DNA of 64,000 bases from Squalus acanthias (Eukaryota): contig CM059432.1 of assembly GCA_030390025.1 (NCBI GenBank), forward strand, positions 34,288,001 to 34,352,000, in the 5' to 3' direction. Below are positions 62,163 to 64,000 of this stretch, in pieces. The notes under the pieces are model-generated. The model was not told where the DNA came from. It searched no databases and worked only from the letters and a program-made list of their open reading frames with translations. The translations under genes and the position numbers were made by a program. Positions within the stretch are counted from its first letter, which is position 1; each line of letters begins with the position of its first letter.

Positions 62163-62989
62163 AGCTCAGAGCTGGTCAGATTCAGAGAAGCGTCTGAACA
62201 GGAAATATAAATGTTCAGCCCGCTATCGGGGACATTGTGGTGTCTTTTGTTATTCTCTATACTACAAGGAGGCTTAGTGTGGGGAGATTTACTTTAATAA
62301 AAGCAGAAAATGCTGGGAATAATCTGTGGTTCAAAGACTTGCATTTATATAGTGCCTTATCCCATCTCTCAGAAATCTCTCTAAGTGCTTCACATATAGG
62401 TTAATTTGAAGGGCACTGACTGTGCCCAGAACCAGTGACAGTCAATTTGTCCACAACACTGAGATAAAAGACCAATGAATCTGTTTCAGGTGGTGTTGGT
62501 TGAGGTCGGAATGTTGGCCAGGAGACTGAGAAAACACCCTGGTCTTCTTCAAATGCTGACATGAGATCATTAAGGCTGAATTTTCCTCTGTTTTGGGACA
62601 GATTTGGGATGTTAAACAGAGTAACGTGGATTGTTAAAGACTACTGCCTCAAATCTAACATTAAAAAAGCTGCTCCTGAATTATCCTCAAAAAGATCACC
62701 AGTGGCCTTTAAGGCTTAAGTGGTGATTATAGCTGCAGGAAGGCATCCCTGAGGCAGATACCACATTGAGGTGGCCATTTTGTGTCCTGTGACTGAAGGT
62801 TGGTGTTACTTTGCCTATATATCGCTCTCCTTAGTGCTTTAGATGTTCAGTCAGGATTTTTGCTGCTAGGTTGACTCAGCTCTACTCAAAGTCCTGCTTT
62901 TAATTGGGGACATCTATTCTTATGTTGTGAACAGAGGATGATGAGGGCATGGAAGAGGCTAGATTGGATGCTCTTAGAGTGTGGCATCA

Positions 62990-63168
62990 CTGGAGGTGTC
63001 TCTTCGCTATGTACTTATACCCACTCACTAGGGTCTACAGACCAAGAAGGCCTTGCTTAGACTTTTCTGCCCATTGGTGCCTCAGAAGGCCACTGGAGGC
63101 GATTGGGGAAACATGTCACCTGCTGGATGGAGACGTGCAGCCCATTTCCACCAGGAGAACAGCACTGT
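62990..63168 (+). pseudogene. Degenerate N-terminal fragment of a Harbinger/HARBI1-like transposase
   Basis: YPLTRVYRPRRPCLDFSAHWCLRR..CHLLDGDVQPISTRRTAL resembles the region upstream of the DDE domain. Confidence 0.55.
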
Positions 63169-63174
63169 ACCAAT

Positions 63175-64000
63175 CAACAACAACAACAACAACAACTTGT
63201 ATTTATATAGCGCCTTTAACGTAGTAAAACATCCCAAGGCGCTTCACAGGAGTATTATAAGACAAAAATTTGGGACCGAGCCATATAAGAAGAAATTAGG
63301 GCAGATGTCCAAAAGCTTGGTCAAAGAAGTAGGTTTTAAGGAGCGTCTTAAAGGAGGAAAGAGAGGTAGAGAGGTGGAGAGGTTTAGGGAAGGAGTTCCA
63401 GAGCTTAGGGCCTAAGCAGCTGAGGCACGGCCACCGATGGTTGAACGATTATAGTCAGGAATGCTCAAGTGGGCAGAATTTAAGGAGCGCAGATATCTCG
63501 GGGGTTGTGGGGCTGAAGGAGATTACAGAGATAGGGAAGGGCGAGGCCATGGAGGGATTTTAAAACAAGGATGAGAATTTTGAAATCGAGGCATTGCTTA
63601 ACTGGGAGCCAATGGAGTTGGATAGGTACCTGAAGGAAAAAAATTCACAGGGGTGATGGGTGAACGGGACTTGGTGCAAGTTAGGACATGGGCAGCCGAG
63701 TTTTGGATGACCTGAAGTTTATGTAGGGTAGAATGTGGGAGGCCGGCCAGGAGTGCATTGGAATAGTCAAGTCTAGAGGTAACAAAGGCTTGGATGAGGG
63801 TTTCAGCAGCAGATAAGCTGAGGCAGGGGCAGAGACGGGCAATGTTACAGAGGTGGAAATAGGCGGTCTTAGTTATGCCGCGGATATGTGATCGGAAGCT
63901 CATTTCAGGGTCAAATATGACACCAAGGTTGTGATCAGTTTGGTTCAGCCTCAGACAGATGCTAGGGAGAGGGATGGAGTCGGTGGCTAGGGAATGGAGT
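63175..64000 (-). mobile_element. L2-clade LINE 3' part (continues beyond the window)
   Basis: AETLIQAFVTSRLDYSNALLAGLP..LQVIQNSAA; (TTG)n tail; 3' end shared with the DeuSINE tail. Confidence 0.9.

Overview
Eukaryotic, almost certainly cartilaginous-fish (elasmobranch) DNA, judged from an HE1-type V-SINE, SacSINE1/DeuSINE-type SINEs and HER1-type CR1 LINEs. I could not recognise any host protein-coding gene. The window is mostly nested, decayed transposable elements: CR1, L2, RTE and Penelope retroelements, three SINE families, PIF/Harbinger-type elements with 3-bp TSDs, a 1.5-kb solo LTR and several minisatellites. The standout is a 3.2-kb LINE family ('family A') with two full-length copies (1058-4281 minus, 9921-13137 plus). 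It begins with a tRNA-derived Pol III A/B-box head, has no ORF1, and has no in-frame AUG ahead of its endonuclease-RT frame. By manual reading, its sense strand has no TTTT Pol III terminator across about 3 kb. Short SINE-like derivatives (head plus tail) also occur in the window. This suggests an autonomous, Pol III-transcribed 'SINE-headed LINE'. All calls come from visual reading; boundaries are approximate unless a TSD is cited.
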